This document shows positions 50,330-61,439 of a stretch of 61,783 nt of DNA, in pieces. The notes below the pieces were generated by a model. It saw nothing but the letters and a program-made list of their open reading frames with translations, ran no database searches and was not told the DNA's origin. Positions within the stretch are counted from its first letter, which is position 1. Each line of letters starts with the position of its first letter. Where the stretch lies: the IMG/VR virus record IMGVR_UViG_3300033153_014157; one strand, written 5' to 3'. Origin of the DNA: an uncultured virus (IMG/VR IMGVR_UViG_3300033153_014157) (taxonomy: Duplodnaviria > Heunggongvirae > Uroviricota > Caudoviricetes). Position numbers and translations under genes: made by a program.

Positions 50330-50890
50330 ACACGGAACATCACGCCGCAAGAAAGGCATCAATCAACATCAATACGACGCGGCACGAAACCAATCAACTA
50401 CAATCAAGACGAACTCCAATACATGCAACATCAATATTAATGCATCTAAAATGATCGCCCACCAATCAACATCAATCGGGGTAAACCTAAATTTATAATA
50501 CATCAATCTACATCACGCGCATCACGCACGGAGAAATACAACATCTACCAAACGCAATCTAACTCGATCCAACATCAATCTCGACCAATCTACAAGAACG
50601 CAGCAACATGTAACCACAATCAACCTATATATAACTACAATCAACTTCAATCAGCACGCATCAAAAACAAAAAAAACAAAAAAAATAAAGGAAAAGCACG
50701 CAATATAAAAGGACACAAAATCAGTGCCACGCAAACAAAAAATCAAAACACGCAGAGTAATCAGTAAACACGGGAAACAGGCAACCACGCACCACATTAA
50801 CTAAAGCACCTGATAAAAGACGAAAAAATACAGCCCGTCAGATGCAAGGTAAATAAAAAATAAAATGCAATCATTTAATATTAAAAAATT
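50330..50890 (-). repeat. strand-skewed non-coding tract with repeated CAATCAAC motifs (mirror of 36860-37370)
   Basis: CAATCAACATC copies; 16- and 19-bp exact inverted matches to the left tract. Confidence 0.7.
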
Positions 50891-51001
50891 TAGCACGTCA
50901 CTCAAACTCAATCAAGCACTATCAAAACCATTTCTACCACGATCACGAGGCAATCAAAAACGACGCGGAACGACCTGCGGCTTCGCCGCCGCCATCATTT
51001 T
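50891..51001 (-). repeat. inverted element copy B (111 bp)
   Basis: Reverse-complement homolog of 36745-36855. Confidence 0.9.
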
Positions 51002-51250
51002 AGCGGTTTTTTTCTTTATTTTATCGTTTTTTCGTGTTTCGTGTTTTTTTTTAGATGCCTTTTGTGCCGTGTTTCTATTTGTGCCGTTTTTTTTCCAATT
51101 ATTGTCGCCCTAACGTGCTCGTTTTAATCTTGCGACTGATTTTTGTTTATCTCTGCGTTCTTCCTTCCTTGCGTTATATTTTTTAAAAAGAGTTGGTATT
51201 TTTTTTTGCTTTTATCGTGTTTTCGTGTTTTTGATTTTTTTTTATATCTG

Positions 51251-52073
51251 TTATTTTAGCAATATATTTTTTAACGTGCGTATTTCAATATTTGCTTCCT
51301 TGTATAGTTTAAATTTTATTTTTTTTTTTTGAATTTCAGGTATTAAAACGATTACGGCGCAGCCGACTTGCGTTGCTTTTTTTAATTTTGGTTTAATTTT
51401 CTTTTCATATTCGATGTTGCCGTGTAGCCCTGCGACTTCGATGTAATAATTTTGCGTCACGAAGTCATGATAATACTTGTTTTCGTTACTTTTTTTTGGT
51501 ATATTTGAATAAAATGGGATGTCACTTGCTTGGGCAGGGCTCTGCTCGTGATGCTTGGTACCGGCTTCGTATAACGCGTTATCAACGAGCAGTTTTAGTT
51601 TTGAATCCACGCGGTGCCCGTCAATGGCGATGCTTTTTTTTTGCAAATGTTTTAGAATGTAAGCGTGTTGATTGCTTAACGTCAATACCATTTCGTTTGA
51701 GCGTGTTTCTTGTAATTTTTTTCAATGCTTTAATAGCCCCTTCAGATATTTTCAATGATATAGATTGCATGAATTCTTGAATGTTTAGCCCGCTGTCGTG
51801 AATACGAGATGCATTGCATTCATGCTCGTGTTTAAACATTATTCTGCAAGCGCAACAGCTAAAATCCTCTGCCTTAGTTATCATGTTCATTGATTGGCTA
51901 CACGTTCTATTTTTTTGTGAGAATTCATGAAAATGATAATAATTATCCATTTCAAAACGACATTTTTCCAATAAATGCTCGTGTTCAATTTTTTGCGCCT
52001 GTAACTTAACGCCCTTGACCAATAGTTCCAATTCTTTCTCGCTTCGTTTCATCCTATTTCGATGATCGTGCAT
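51251..52073 (-). pseudogene. PD-(D/E)XK-like nuclease gene apparently split by a frameshift in an A9 run
   Basis: DGH.V.S....VDN.LY, DF....YIE..G motifs in 51251-51691; removing one A at 51634-51642 fuses it to ORF 51621-52073. Confidence 0.55.
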
Positions 52074-53515
52074 GCGATTTCCTTTTCAATGCCCGCGTGT
52101 TCAATAATTATTTCTGCGATTGTTTTTCTTGCGACTGCGATTATTTCTTGTATTGACTTTTTCTTCAGTATTTCGCGGTCAGGGATTGCGATTGTCTTGA
52201 TGACGACTTCTTCTTGCATTGTTTTTTTGACTGCGTTAATTTTTATATTGAACCTGATGTTGTTTTTTTGTAATTTCAATTTTTGGCTAATGACCGATTT
52301 TCCCCCGTGCGTTTCGAACGCGAAGTTTTGTTTTACGTGTATTGCGTGTTTTCCTTGCACGTATTTATTGATGTCATGAATGATCTCTTGCTTTTGTTTT
52401 TCGATCTTGTTAGTGCCTGCTTCTACCCTGACAGTGACTTTTTTGCGCCCGTGCTGGCACGTAATGGTGGCGACACGTGTTGCATTTTTGTCGTTGCGCA
52501 TTAGCGTGATGCTTCTTTCGGGACCTACTGTTTCTTGGTTTTGAATCACGGCGATGTACTTGTTTTTTTTGTTTTCTTTGATGCCCGTTATTTTTTTTAG
52601 CACGCCCGCAACGCCTCCTTTGCCCCCCGCGTGCATGTTGACATCGATCAATATCTTGCTCGTGATTCCGTCAAACATTATCGGCTCTTCTGGCGCGCGC
52701 GATGTAGATATTCTTCGGATTCCGAATTTTTTCATTGCGTTATTTTTGATCTCCCTTTTAATGTTTGCCCATAACTCACTTTTCGCAAGCGCAATGACTG
52801 GGCGCGCGTGTGCCACGTATTCTTTCACGGCACCCGCGAATACCGTTCTTCCAGTAACGGCGTGCATTGTCCTGCAGATGTCGAATGCCATCGACTTTTT
52901 CATGGTTAACACGTTTCCCCGTGCGTGCCGGTAATAGCCATGTTTCGACATTTCGCGCCTTGCGATTTTCATCATGCGTGTCAGTTCTGCGTCATACATG
53001 AAGTCTTCAGTGGCTATCGGAATGTAATTCGCCGTGTTGATGTAGAACTTCACGTTCATCACGTCGCCAGTGACGCGAAATAATGTCTTCACGCCAAACG
53101 TTCTAGGCATCGTCAGCACGGAGTAATTTCTGTCGTCCGTGATGTCGAAATCATCGATCTCATACATTATAGTGAAAAAATCGAATGGTCGAAACGCGCC
53201 GTTCACCTCAAATAGTATTTCACTCGTGAGTCCCGGCTCGAACCACCTGCCGATAGTGCCGACAGACAGCGCGTCACGAATCAAGCACTCGTGATTGAAC
53301 AGGACGCTCGGGTACCGCGCCAATTCTTCGATCTTGTGGTCATGGATCAATATCTTCCCCACCTGCACGTCACTGCCTTTTAACAAAAATACCAGTTCCT
53401 TCTCTATTCCAACGGCAGAGCCACTTTTTTCCGTGACTGATAGTTCTTCCGATGCAAAATGTTTCAAAAACATGCTGATGATGTATCCCGGGCGACCGAC
53501 ATTATCCACGAACAT
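52049..53515 (-). CDS. unknown protein, family B copy 2
   Basis: Paralog of 55256-56770 (CLIR.ALS.G, P.DFF...Y.IDDF.I.DDR.Y, F.ICRTM...T). Confidence 0.8.
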   Translation of the reverse strand: MFVDNVGRPGYIISMFLKHFASEELSVTEKSGSAVGIEKELVFLLKGSDVQVGKILIHDHKIEELARYPSVLFNHECLIRDALSVGTIGRWFEPGLTSEILFEVNGAFRPFDFFTIMYEIDDFDITDDRNYSVLTMPRTFGVKTLFRVTGDVMNVKFYINTANYIPIATEDFMYDAELTRMMKIARREMSKHGYYRHARGNVLTMKKSMAFDICRTMHAVTGRTVFAGAVKEYVAHARPVIALAKSELWANIKREIKNNAMKKFGIRRISTSRAPEEPIMFDGITSKILIDVNMHAGGKGGVAGVLKKITGIKENKKNKYIAVIQNQETVGPERSITLMRNDKNATRVATITCQHGRKKVTVRVEAGTNKIEKQKQEIIHDINKYVQGKHAIHVKQNFAFETHGGKSVISQKLKLQKNNIRFNIKINAVKKTMQEEVVIKTIAIPDREILKKKSIQEIIAVARKTIAEIIIEHAGIEKEIACTIIEIG

Positions 53516-55133
53516 CTTGATCTTGCATCACCCCGCGGTAAATCACTTCATTGACATACTTCGTGTTGCGCCATTGCAATCTTGACAACACGCCATCCAG
53601 TTCGGCTTCGGTAACGGCATTGCCGAGAAAATATCTCAACGGGACTGACGTTATCATCACCAATTTGACGCGTTTCTCGTAAAACTTTTCGAAAAAAACT
53701 ATCATGTCAATGTTAAACGGGTACTCAACCACGCGATTTGTTAATAACACGTTAAAGTTATCCATTGATAAACCGACCGAGCGGCGTTCCGCACTCACCT
53801 TTTTCAGCGCGCCGGTCACGGCAGTTGAAAAACCCGATTTTACAAGCTGGTTCACTACAAACCCGTGGCTAATGGGGGAGATCGCAGTCCATTTCAAATC
53901 ACTGTCGTGCACGGCGTTTAGCGTGTAATTTTCATCAGACACGATTCTTTTGAAATCATCCCGCCCCCTAAATGTTGTTATGAAGCGTTTCAAGAAATCG
54001 TGCAAGCACGCGCCGTCAGGAACGCCACGACCTTTACTTATCAGTTTTGACGCATCGCTCAATTCTCGACCTCGCGCGTCACAAAAGACGTGCCTGAGAT
54101 GAATTTCCCCACGCCTCGACTCACGCTCTCGCAGGCACATTGATTCGTACGTGGTGCAGCCTGAAACGTCGCGCGTTGTTTCGGACACCGACATTTCATA
54201 TTCACCGCGCAATACCTTTAACACGCCCGACACGAATGGATAAGAAGAATAGATATAAGTATATGACAGCGTGTTAAAAATAAGCGGGTACCCGCGCCTA
54301 GACAACACGAATTCGCGGTATCTCTCCGTCAGGGCACTTATCATTTCTTTACAGACACGGCTCTCCGAAATGATTCTTGCAATGAGGTTCTTTGTATCCG
54401 TCACGAAGTCGCCATCAATCAAGCCAGACAGTAATGACATCATTTCATATAACGTGCCGATTATAATGTTTGGCTCCGTCACGTTCTTGGTCAATTTCAC
54501 GCCATAAAACGTGGCGTTCTCCGGCGTGCCGTATGACAAAAATTCTTCGGTAGCGGCGCCAGGCAATACCCTCTCATTTTCATTAAACTCGATGAGTGAA
54601 ATGCCTTGATGGTCACCAGCTGACAGCACTAATGGTTTGCCGTGCTTCTTCACGACCGAAATTAATAACGGTATCTTACTAAAGTTTGTCAATGACTTTC
54701 CCCTGTTTATGGAAGCCGACATCTTGAATTCAAGGCTCGGCGAAAAATTGTTTATCACTGACACGCAATCGCTAGAACGTGATGCAATGCCGCGTATCAG
54801 TCTGAACTGATCTCGATCATCTGCAGATATTTCAAGAATGACGTTATAAAGGCGCTTGCTTCTAATATACCTAGAAAATATTTCTTTCATGCCCACGATT
54901 TTAATGAAATCTAGCAATGCCTCCTTGCCGAATATCACTACACTCACGCGCCCGTTTTCTGTATTAACTGTCAATTTGACCTTTCCGCCCTTCGAAAATC
55001 TCAGCCCGCTTCTTTCATACCCTAACTTTTCAAGTGAAAGCATCATGTCGATAAATGCCGTGCTAGGCTCGTTCAACATGTCAATGCCAACGCGCGTTAA
55101 AGTAAACTTTCCTGATTTCGTGACGCTCACCAC
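53502..55133 (-). CDS. unknown protein, family A copy 2
   Basis: Paralog of 56767-58464 (QF.LIR, SP.L.FK, RYR.F.LSR.GYP, ERRS.GLS, PFNID). Confidence 0.8.
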   Translation of the reverse strand: MVSVTKSGKFTLTRVGIDMLNEPSTAFIDMMLSLEKLGYERSGLRFSKGGKVKLTVNTENGRVSVVIFGKEALLDFIKIVGMKEIFSRYIRSKRLYNVILEISADDRDQFRLIRGIASRSSDCVSVINNFSPSLEFKMSASINRGKSLTNFSKIPLLISVVKKHGKPLVLSAGDHQGISLIEFNENERVLPGAATEEFLSYGTPENATFYGVKLTKNVTEPNIIIGTLYEMMSLLSGLIDGDFVTDTKNLIARIISESRVCKEMISALTERYREFVLSRRGYPLIFNTLSYTYIYSSYPFVSGVLKVLRGEYEMSVSETTRDVSGCTTYESMCLRERESRRGEIHLRHVFCDARGRELSDASKLISKGRGVPDGACLHDFLKRFITTFRGRDDFKRIVSDENYTLNAVHDSDLKWTAISPISHGFVVNQLVKSGFSTAVTGALKKVSAERRSVGLSMDNFNVLLTNRVVEYPFNIDMIVFFEKFYEKRVKLVMITSVPLRYFLGNAVTEAELDGVLSRLQWRNTKYVNEVIYRGVMQDQDVRG

Positions 55134-55255
55134 AGTACCTAGGCACTTGAATTATTTAAAGTTGCCAAGAAAGTGTGACTCGCAAAAACGTTTCAGAATC
55201 AAACACGTCCAAGCGTGCCTTTCGGCAACGCGCATTCACGCACGCCGACTTATTT

Positions 55256-56770
55256 TCAAACCCATTGCCGCATCGTGAATATCTCTAACATTGTCTTTCT
55301 GTTTATCCCCGTGTTATCAGCAATCTTGTTTATGGCATCATTAATCCCCTTATCAATGATGCTCTTGATGCCGTTTTTCTTGGCGTTTTGCACTTTTATC
55401 TTGATGTTGACGAACGCCACGATTACACTTGGTTGCATTTTCCGTATTGTTATCTTGACCACGTTTCCATCAACGTATTCTATTAATTCCGTTTTATTCT
55501 TGATGGTCTTCGCGCGGCTCTTGTTTTTCATTTCAAATGCAGCGGTTTTTCGGACGTGAATTATCGTTCTCGAATTCCTGTTTACCGCAATGACGCAATT
55601 CACGATGTCGTTTACTGCCTCCACCTTGTATTTTTCGTCTTCCGTATTTTTTATCACGAACCTTGCGTTCCGACGACCGCATTTTACGGTTGCGACCAGC
55701 TCTGGCACGTTCATGTCATTTCGCAAGATTTCGTGTTCTACAGCGCGTGAACGCTTCTGTATCGCGATCGCACGCGTGTCTTCGTAAAGCTGCATTGCTT
55801 CATAAAACAAAATGTACTTGCTTCTTGAATTGTTTTTCACGTTGACGAGCGCGCGCATCACGGCAGCCACGTTCTCATTTATGACGTGTATCGTGATTAA
55901 AGGTGGGCTTGTAAACCCGTCAATCAATATCACTCGCATTTGCCCGTCACGGTCTTGAACGACCAGCTTTGGTAATATTCCTTCTTTTCGAAGGCGATTG
56001 GTCTTCCTCTTTTCTAATATCAAGTCATTCAAGTCATTCTTCACGCTTTCAATGAATTTCTGCACGTGCCCAATGTACTCTTTTATCAGATCTGCAAACA
56101 ACGGCATTTTCGTCGCCGAGTACATCGTCCTGCAGATCTCGAACATTATAGCTCTTACTGGTGAGAACACTTCATGACGTGTCGTTTGCCTGTTATAATC
56201 ATCCTTGTCAAGCTCGCGCTTCGCGATGGAAAGCATTCTGTTTAACTCGCTGTCATGGACAAAGTGTTTTATCATCATCCGAATACGGTTGTCATGGCTC
56301 GTGTAGAAGCGCGCGACCATCACGCCATCGTCCACGTCAAATCGAGCTTTCAGTCCGTCTTCCCTCGTGGTTATCATTACCGTGTAGTGCCTGTCATCAA
56401 AAATCGTGAAGTCATCAATATCGTACCTGTCAATGAAGAAATCTATCGGAACGAATGCATTGTCCACGTGGAAAGAAATCTCATCCGTGACACCAAACCA
56501 CTCTGGCACAACGCCATACGATAACGCGCTGCGTATGAGGCAATTACGGTTTATGTCCGCGCTACAAATCTTCATTCGCTTATTGATGACGACTGGATTT
56601 ATTGTCAGCCATCCGATCGGCGCATCGTTGTTTTCCATTAGAAACACAAATTCTACCACGCCGCTAGATTCTTTTTTAACGACCGATAATTTGTTAGATG
56701 CAAAACGTGCAATGAACAAGCCTATGATTACACTTTTTCTGTCAAACACGTCGTCAATATGCATTCTCAC
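55256..56770 (-). CDS. unknown protein, family B copy 1
   Basis: Paralog of 52049-53515; start overlaps the upstream stop. Confidence 0.8.
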   Translation of the reverse strand: MRMHIDDVFDRKSVIIGLFIARFASNKLSVVKKESSGVVEFVFLMENNDAPIGWLTINPVVINKRMKICSADINRNCLIRSALSYGVVPEWFGVTDEISFHVDNAFVPIDFFIDRYDIDDFTIFDDRHYTVMITTREDGLKARFDVDDGVMVARFYTSHDNRIRMMIKHFVHDSELNRMLSIAKRELDKDDYNRQTTRHEVFSPVRAIMFEICRTMYSATKMPLFADLIKEYIGHVQKFIESVKNDLNDLILEKRKTNRLRKEGILPKLVVQDRDGQMRVILIDGFTSPPLITIHVINENVAAVMRALVNVKNNSRSKYILFYEAMQLYEDTRAIAIQKRSRAVEHEILRNDMNVPELVATVKCGRRNARFVIKNTEDEKYKVEAVNDIVNCVIAVNRNSRTIIHVRKTAAFEMKNKSRAKTIKNKTELIEYVDGNVVKITIRKMQPSVIVAFVNIKIKVQNAKKNGIKSIIDKGINDAINKIADNTGINRKTMLEIFTMRQWV

Positions 56771-58464
56771 TTTACATTACACCTGCTATAAAATACTTCA
56801 TTCATGTATTTCGCGTTGACCTTTTGCATGGCGCGCAATAACGCATCCAATTTTGCGTCAGTGTCGCAAAAGTCATTAACTAAACGCCCGAGCCCGAGTG
56901 ATGTCGTGATGTTAAACTTGTTAATCTTGTCGGCGCGTGTTAGAAAAGCTGGCACGCCGAAAACATTGATGTCAATATTAAATGGACTGTCACGCACGCG
57001 CTTTGAAAATAACATGACCATGTTATTAGTTGATAGCCCGATCGAGCGGCGCTCGTTTATTAATTTCTCAGACGCTTTTGTTGACGATATCGAAAATCCT
57101 AACTCCCAAAACCTGTTAAAGACCAGCCCGTAATATTTTGGCGCTACCGAGTTTGCTTTAAGATGACCCCCGTGGCTGACATTTAACGTGAAGCCTTCTT
57201 TTTTCAACACCGCGCCTCTAAGGCGACCCGAGCCGTGAACCGCAATGACCATGTCCTTTACTAGCTCGTGTGTCATTTCATCACGAGCGAGCCACCTGCC
57301 ATTAACGCCCGTTAGCACGCTCAATCTAGATGCCGAATTCGGAAGTTCGCCGCCACACGCGTGCCTCAATTCGATTTCTTTACCACCAAATTCATTTTTT
57401 GCGCGCATTAATATCGTTCCATTTCCTTTCATGTAGCCGCCCTTTGTGCCATCCATGATTCCAACTGGCTGCGAATTCATCAGGTATTTATCTTTTAAGG
57501 CGTCTAACACGCCAAACACGAATTCATTGGACGCTTGCACGTAAATGGCTCTCCACGTGGGTAACAAAATTGGGTACCCGCTTCTAGAAAGCGAGAACAC
57601 GCGGTATCTATCTCTCAAGGATGAAATATTCTCCTTGAAATGCCCGCTTTCCAAAATTCGCCTGACGATAAACCTTCTCACGTCGAGCATGAATTTATTA
57701 AATTTACTACTAACGTTTTCTGATAACAAGAACATCAGTTCGTAAACAATACACGTTATTATTGACGAGTGCTCGAATACGTTCGTAGCCAATTCAATGC
57801 CGTAAAATACGGAGTCAAATATTAAAGTATTAAACGAGAAAAATTCTTCGCCAAATGTTTCCGATAACGGTATTTTCTCCATTTCATGAAACATCAAAAA
57901 TGAAACTCCGTTTGCGCGGCTGGGACTCGCGGCAACAATTCTAATTGGTTTGCTACGGGTCTTCACGATCTTAACGTCCATTGGAGTTCTTGACAGGTTT
58001 GTAGAAGAAATGCCGAATCCTATCATCAAGTCCACCTTGAAAGATAGGTTTGGGGAATAATTTTTTATTGATACAGCTGAGTGTCTAGAAATTGACATTA
58101 CAGACCGTATTAACTTGAATTGTTCGTGTTCCGGAATTGACATTTCAAGCGTGATGTTGCATCTTGCGTCGTCTTGTGAAGGCGACAGTCCTTTAGAATC
58201 TACTAACTCGATGAATTTACACAGTGCCTTCTTATCAAAGATTGTCACAGTTTGGACGTTATCTGTAATGTCATATTTTACAGCAACCTTATCTTCTGCT
58301 GGTAAACATATAGTCACTCCTCCATCGTCACGAAAACGAGTCGGGTAACCATTAAAAAAGCGTTCCGTGTCGCCACGAGTTAAAGCCGCGCCAAAATCGG
58401 TCAGGCGAAACTCGATGCTGTTAAAAAAATCATTATTTGACATTAGATCATCAACCCTGAACAA
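56767..58464 (-). CDS. unknown protein, family A copy 1
   Basis: Paralog of 53502-55133. Confidence 0.8.
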   Translation of the reverse strand: MFRVDDLMSNNDFFNSIEFRLTDFGAALTRGDTERFFNGYPTRFRDDGGVTICLPAEDKVAVKYDITDNVQTVTIFDKKALCKFIELVDSKGLSPSQDDARCNITLEMSIPEHEQFKLIRSVMSISRHSAVSIKNYSPNLSFKVDLMIGFGISSTNLSRTPMDVKIVKTRSKPIRIVAASPSRANGVSFLMFHEMEKIPLSETFGEEFFSFNTLIFDSVFYGIELATNVFEHSSIITCIVYELMFLLSENVSSKFNKFMLDVRRFIVRRILESGHFKENISSLRDRYRVFSLSRSGYPILLPTWRAIYVQASNEFVFGVLDALKDKYLMNSQPVGIMDGTKGGYMKGNGTILMRAKNEFGGKEIELRHACGGELPNSASRLSVLTGVNGRWLARDEMTHELVKDMVIAVHGSGRLRGAVLKKEGFTLNVSHGGHLKANSVAPKYYGLVFNRFWELGFSISSTKASEKLINERRSIGLSTNNMVMLFSKRVRDSPFNIDINVFGVPAFLTRADKINKFNITTSLGLGRLVNDFCDTDAKLDALLRAMQKVNAKYMNEVFYSRCNVK

Positions 58465-58608
58465 ATTACGTTGTCACGAATGATGTATTTAAATTTATCA
58501 AGTCGTGACGCCACGTGATGAGATCGTGCATGTTGATTAACCACATTTATACACTTCATAAAAAATAAAAAAAGATGCATGAAAACGTGATTAATCACGA
58601 GTTTCAAG

Positions 58609-59442
58609 TTATTTCTGACGCGCCCGTCTTTTCCTTATCGTTTCAAATACATTTTCGACTTCGGCAAAATCCCTGCTGTACACGTGCAGGCTGTTCGAAA
58701 AATCAACGTATTGCGTTAGCTCTATCCTCATTCCCATTTCTCTTGATAAAATTTTTGCAACTGACTTGCCCAATTCTACTAAACCATAGGCATTACTCCC
58801 CCACGCGTGAAAGAGATCGCGAGAACGAAAGTGCGCCTCCAAGACCAAGCTGGAGAAAACGTCGCCGTCAGGAATCAACCTGAACCATAATCTTTGTAAG
58901 CAAGGAGTGCCTGATATGAACATGTCTTTATGCGGAATCCACGTGATCACCTGCAACTTTCTGGATATCGGTTCATCTATTGCCTTTTTTATCAGATTTT
59001 TGAATTGGTTTATGCCTTCATTCCACGTTTTTCCACCCTTTATTAGCGTCATTATTGGTTCACCAAGTTCTGAAACCAATTCATCATGTCTTGTAACTCT
59101 TTTTCCATAGTTCCAAATTCGCCTGTGATACGTGTATGATAAATGACCGTTTTCAACGTGTTCATCTATCACGCCACCTAACAGTTCCGCAATGTAGTTT
59201 CGTTCTTCAGGTTTTCTTATACATTCTATATACGTTGCATAATCTGCCGCGTGATATCTTGGTTCGCCCAATGGATGATGCACGTCTATCAACACGGTTG
59301 CTTCTCTAGACATTCGCTCGTCATCGGTATTACCGTAATGTTGAGGCATCATGCGTCCCTCGTTGTAAACCACGTCTAGAGCCCTGATCCACGCTTCTCC
59401 ACACGACCGCGCCTTTATTAAAAATGTTGGTAATGTCAGCAT
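58609..59442 (-). CDS. thyA: thymidylate synthase (archaeal type)
   Basis: YTYH.R, INQ, SRK, PCLQ, FRSRD...AW..N, SLHVY. Confidence 0.9.
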   Translation of the reverse strand: MLTLPTFLIKARSCGEAWIRALDVVYNEGRMMPQHYGNTDDERMSREATVLIDVHHPLGEPRYHAADYATYIECIRKPEERNYIAELLGGVIDEHVENGHLSYTYHRRIWNYGKRVTRHDELVSELGEPIMTLIKGGKTWNEGINQFKNLIKKAIDEPISRKLQVITWIPHKDMFISGTPCLQRLWFRLIPDGDVFSSLVLEAHFRSRDLFHAWGSNAYGLVELGKSVAKILSREMGMRIELTQYVDFSNSLHVYSRDFAEVENVFETIRKRRARQK

Positions 59443-59551
59443 GTTTTAAACACCTAAAAAGAATGTGATGAGATTTGATTTAAACTAATTCAAATGACCG
59501 CGGCACGTTCTCTGTTTCGTCTTACTAAAAATTATTCTGATACAAAAACCA

Positions 59552-61270
59552 TCACTCATACAAGAATTCATTAACAAATTCATTAAACTTGCTTGACATC
59601 TCAATGCTTCCGATACCGTTCACATTTTCCGGCACGATAAATGACATGTTATCACTCATTATTAATGTTCCCAATTCCTTATTTATCACAACTCTCGTGG
59701 TTTTAATGTTATGTATTATTTCTTTTTTAATCAAGTCGGAGAAAACATTGATTACTATTCTCATCATGTCCAAGTTGAAGTATCGTTCTGATGGGGCGAG
59801 TTCTGCCTTCTTTTTTTTATTTTTAATAGCCGACTTTCGCATTTTGACAACGTCATATAATGATATTTCCGAACTTTTTGACACGTGCGCCTGCCGTATG
59901 AATTTACTGATTATGTCATTCATGCTGTGTGTTAGCACAATGCTGAAATGTTTTCCAATTATTATTCCGCTATCGATTCCTATTATTCGGGTTTGTCTAG
60001 TGTCAATATCATACACTTGCGACAAACATGACCTGCCGAACTTTTTCAACAGCTCCCTAATCGTCTTGCTCGTGACGCGCGCCGCATTAAAATTCAACTC
60101 GTCCTGTTCAATAAATTTTATTAATGTGCCGACCATTCTTGACGTTAGCATGTCGTTTTTCGTGATTTCGAACATTTCATCTGCGCGGTTCAATTCAGGA
60201 GAATATAAATACCTCACGTCACGCATCATTAAGTTTATCCACAATTTCTCACGAATGTTTATTTCATTGGATAAATGTTTTTCTATGTAATCCTCACGTA
60301 GTATTTTGAAATAGTCACGGTAAGGAACTGAATTAACTATTTCTTCGTATGAATAATCGTTATTAATGCGAAAAAAGTCACGAAGTAATTTAGGGCTGAC
60401 CGTGTCAAGCGATTGTTTTATAGATATTAAATCGTTTGATATCAAATTTATCAGCCATCTAACATGCTTGCCTACTCCATTGTATTTCAAACGAGTAATA
60501 GGCAGGTTATATTTTTTTGTATATGTTTCGTATAATAATAAATCATATCTCACGTTCCCGTTCATAGACGTGACTTTACTAATTCTGTACTTGTGATTTT
60601 TAATTATTTTGACAAGCGCGTCACACGATTTTTCAGGTATGTCAAAGAATGATGCCAAAATTGACTTGAACTGAGTCGAATGATCAAGTTCATATTTGCT
60701 TAACAGTGGTACCATTGGTCCAATCAGGAATAGGTATTCATTAATCTTAATTATAACCGGATCAAAATATTCCATTGTATTGACGAAGAACGTTAATGAG
60801 CGAAATACCGTATCTTTCGAGTAAGGTGGCTCTATAACGCTTAGTAGTGCCAACAACTTCTTGACCGATAACATGGTATTGTGAACCACGATCTTACTAA
60901 AAAATGTCAAATGGTTAGGATTGAATCTAGGATACTTTATCCTGACCCACCCTTCTAAGAACCAATTTGTTTTGGCATGTTCGTCCGCGTTTTCGTACAC
61001 GGACATCGCTACCGAATCCGATAACCCAACCCATACGTGCCCGAACTTGTCGCTTATAAATCTCGTATATTTATTAGAATCGTTCATTATCACGTTATCT
61101 ATTGACACTTCATTTAATATTTCGTCATATATAAAGTCCCCTTCGTCCATGATTTCTTTTAATTTTTTTACAACGCTCTTCATCACGTTTAAGTCTACTG
61201 GGATCAAGTCTTCTCTAACACTGTATTTAGCTTTCTTCACGATTTCGGTTATTTTTTTTTCATCGTTCAT
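59552..61270 (-). CDS. large hypothetical protein
   Basis: 572-aa ORF; no catalytic motif recognised. Confidence 0.75.
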   Translation of the reverse strand: MNDEKKITEIVKKAKYSVREDLIPVDLNVMKSVVKKLKEIMDEGDFIYDEILNEVSIDNVIMNDSNKYTRFISDKFGHVWVGLSDSVAMSVYENADEHAKTNWFLEGWVRIKYPRFNPNHLTFFSKIVVHNTMLSVKKLLALLSVIEPPYSKDTVFRSLTFFVNTMEYFDPVIIKINEYLFLIGPMVPLLSKYELDHSTQFKSILASFFDIPEKSCDALVKIIKNHKYRISKVTSMNGNVRYDLLLYETYTKKYNLPITRLKYNGVGKHVRWLINLISNDLISIKQSLDTVSPKLLRDFFRINNDYSYEEIVNSVPYRDYFKILREDYIEKHLSNEINIREKLWINLMMRDVRYLYSPELNRADEMFEITKNDMLTSRMVGTLIKFIEQDELNFNAARVTSKTIRELLKKFGRSCLSQVYDIDTRQTRIIGIDSGIIIGKHFSIVLTHSMNDIISKFIRQAHVSKSSEISLYDVVKMRKSAIKNKKKKAELAPSERYFNLDMMRIVINVFSDLIKKEIIHNIKTTRVVINKELGTLIMSDNMSFIVPENVNGIGSIEMSSKFNEFVNEFLYE

Positions 61271-61439
61271 CTGGAGTGCCTCACCATTATTAATACATGC
61301 ACGTGGTCAACTCGTCACGCATTTACAAAAGGTTTTTTTCTTGAAAAAATATCCACAAACTTAATTTTATTGTTTTTGTCCTTGCGCCTAAAAAATAATG
61401 GTTTTTATAAGATCGTTTCAAATTAAATGTTGAAATACA

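Noticed and set aside
58609..59442. dCMP hydroxymethylase for base hypermodification
   Set aside because: The specificity position after RSxD is Asn (AWGSN), indicating a dUMP substrate; no hypermodification partners were seen.
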